64,000 bases of DNA from Rotaria socialis (lineage: Eukaryota): NCBI GenBank assembly GCA_905331295.1, contig CAJNYD010000225.1, forward strand, positions 1 to 64,000, in the 5' to 3' direction. Shown piece by piece: positions 62,244 to 64,000 of this stretch (the first letter of the stretch is position 1; every line of letters begins with the position of its first letter). The notes under the pieces are model-generated. The model was not told where the DNA came from. It worked only from the letters and a program-made list of their open reading frames with translations, and ran no database searches. The position numbers were made by a program, and so were the translations under genes.

Positions 62244-64000
62244 ATTATTTTTTTCGCTCTGATTTTTTCCTGAACTATAGAACAAAAAAAAAGACACGAT
62301 TTTCAATCTTCATTTGTTGCTTGTACGATCTTTTTTTTTATTTTATTTTATATATCAATGATCTCATTTTATGTCTTACAAATGCACTGATCCTTATACA
62401 ATTGTCAATTATGTTCTTCTTGTCTAGAAGAGCAAAATCAGTTTACATATATATATATATATAATAGGAGCAATCATAAAAGTGTTTGACCTTGAAAATG
62501 TCTTAGTTGTTTTATTTAGCTATACATTGAAACAACTATGTTTTTAGCCTAGGCTATATTATTAATTTTCATGGAGACAACTTTCTAGTTCTTTTTTTTC
62601 TCTTAAATGAAGTAATAACTTTGAAAGACTATTCAACGAGTGCTTTTTGTTTTCTAGAATAAATCAATGCTTAACAGACCTTTTCCGTAGAAAATTTTTT
62701 TTCCCGTTTTGAAATAAGAACGTTATCACTGTCGAGATAATTCAAAAAACTTTTATATTTTATTCTTTTTAAAAATCATATTTGCAAAAGAATACTTTTT
62801 TTTGTACATCATTACTATTATTTGATATAATTATATATCAACGTGGTACACATTTGATTACTAATTATATTGAATGCAGCACGCAACAACGCAATGTTTA
62901 CAGTTTCGGACGATAACTATATGAAGAGTTCATTTACACCGGTATATCCTTTCTTCGAAGCATGGAAAAAAGAAGCAAGAAACAAAACGGTAGCTCTTGG
63001 AAACGAATATATCAAAAGTTTGATTATTGTTGTTTCTCTCATGCCATTTATGAAATCATTTGAAATTTTTTCATCGTATCGATTCATGTTTATTTCAACT
63101 TCACCGATAGTTTTCATCTGATCGATTATTCTAGCATCGCAATTGTTTCATAAATACCAAGCTTTTTTTTATTAGATTCTTATTGTTTGTTTAGCAGAAT
63201 TGATCTTTTTCAAGTAGGATCGATTTTAAAATGGAATAAAAAAAAACATTTATCTTAAATTCTAAATTAATCTATACGAAGTTATTCTTAATCTTTTACC
63301 TCAACCAACCAATAATAATAAATAAATAGTTGAGCTTCTTTTATTTTAAAATTTTAACAAAATAATCAAAATAAATGTGTAACAGCATTAAAAGATATAG
63401 ACTTTCAGAGTCTAGAAAATACGCGTAAACACTTGGAATAGATCGCAAGTCACTTTACTAGAATCGACAAAATAGTGGATTTATTCAATATAATTGGATC
63501 TGTAAAGCTAGTTTGTTTACTATTGCCAAAAAAATATACTTTATAGTCCATATTCATAATACGTGTATATTAAAAAAACCCAATGTTGTCATCAAGTACT
63601 ATCTTTTGCTTAGATTGAAGAATACTAGTCATGAGCAAGCAAGATTAAATTAAACGAAAACTTCCAAAAGTATGTTTTATTACTTGAAACTTTTTGCTTA
63701 AGATATAACGAATCGAAAAGCATACATTTGTGCATACGCGTATAGGATGATACGAGAAAAGTCTGAAGGAATAATCAAAAGAAAAAAGATCGGTAGATCC
63801 TTGACTTTTAGTCACTAGTACAAATACTTTGTTCTAAAGCTCATCAATACTTATATCTCAAAGCAGGTTTTTTTTATTCCTGTGTCTCTTATGAATATGG
63901 ACTAACTATATTCTTCGATAAACGATAAACAAATCAGTTCATTTTGTTGAATAGTAGTGATCGGATTCAAATTTTTATTTAGTAAAGTGACTATTGACCT

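Noticed and set aside
62870..63180. Overlapping ORFs on both strands with coding-like composition
   Set aside because: Both are interrupted by stops, with no clear splice structure or family motif. Could be a pseudogene fragment but unsupported.

Overview
AT-rich, gene-dense animal genomic DNA with mostly 50-70 nt GT-AG introns. It is not prokaryotic; the composition, intron size and gene set fit a bdelloid rotifer, which is an inference. Hand-spliced genes in order: FAIM (+), an LRAT/PLAAT-family NlpC/P60 enzyme with a glycine zipper (+), a candidate neuropeptide precursor (+), PLK4 (-), an E-protein bHLH of the TCF3/4/12-daughterless family (+), C3G/RAPGEF1 (-), ADO (-), Nup98-Nup96 (-), ArfGAP2/3 (+), a LURP-one/Tubby-like protein (+), an orphan PPxY type-I membrane protein (+), then four adjacent cilia/centriole genes: CCDC92 (-), CCDC57 (-), ARMC4/ODAD2 (+) and ODF3/CIMAP1-like (+). 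Three non-autonomous DNA transposons have visible TIRs; two are hAT-type with perfect 8-bp TSDs. Most notable observations: (1) ADO starts 136 nt after the Nup96 stop, with an AATAAA and a splice acceptor in between, suggesting an operon or SL trans-splicing; (2) an intronic alternative first exon in the E-protein gene at the junction homologous to vertebrate HEBAlt/TCF4-A; (3) PLK4 apparently lacks Polo-box 3; (4) the Nup98-96 autocleavage site is HFT rather than HFS; (5) twin X-boxes lie in the CCDC57/ARMC4 bidirectional promoter. All identifications come from manual translation and recalled motifs; no database searches were run.
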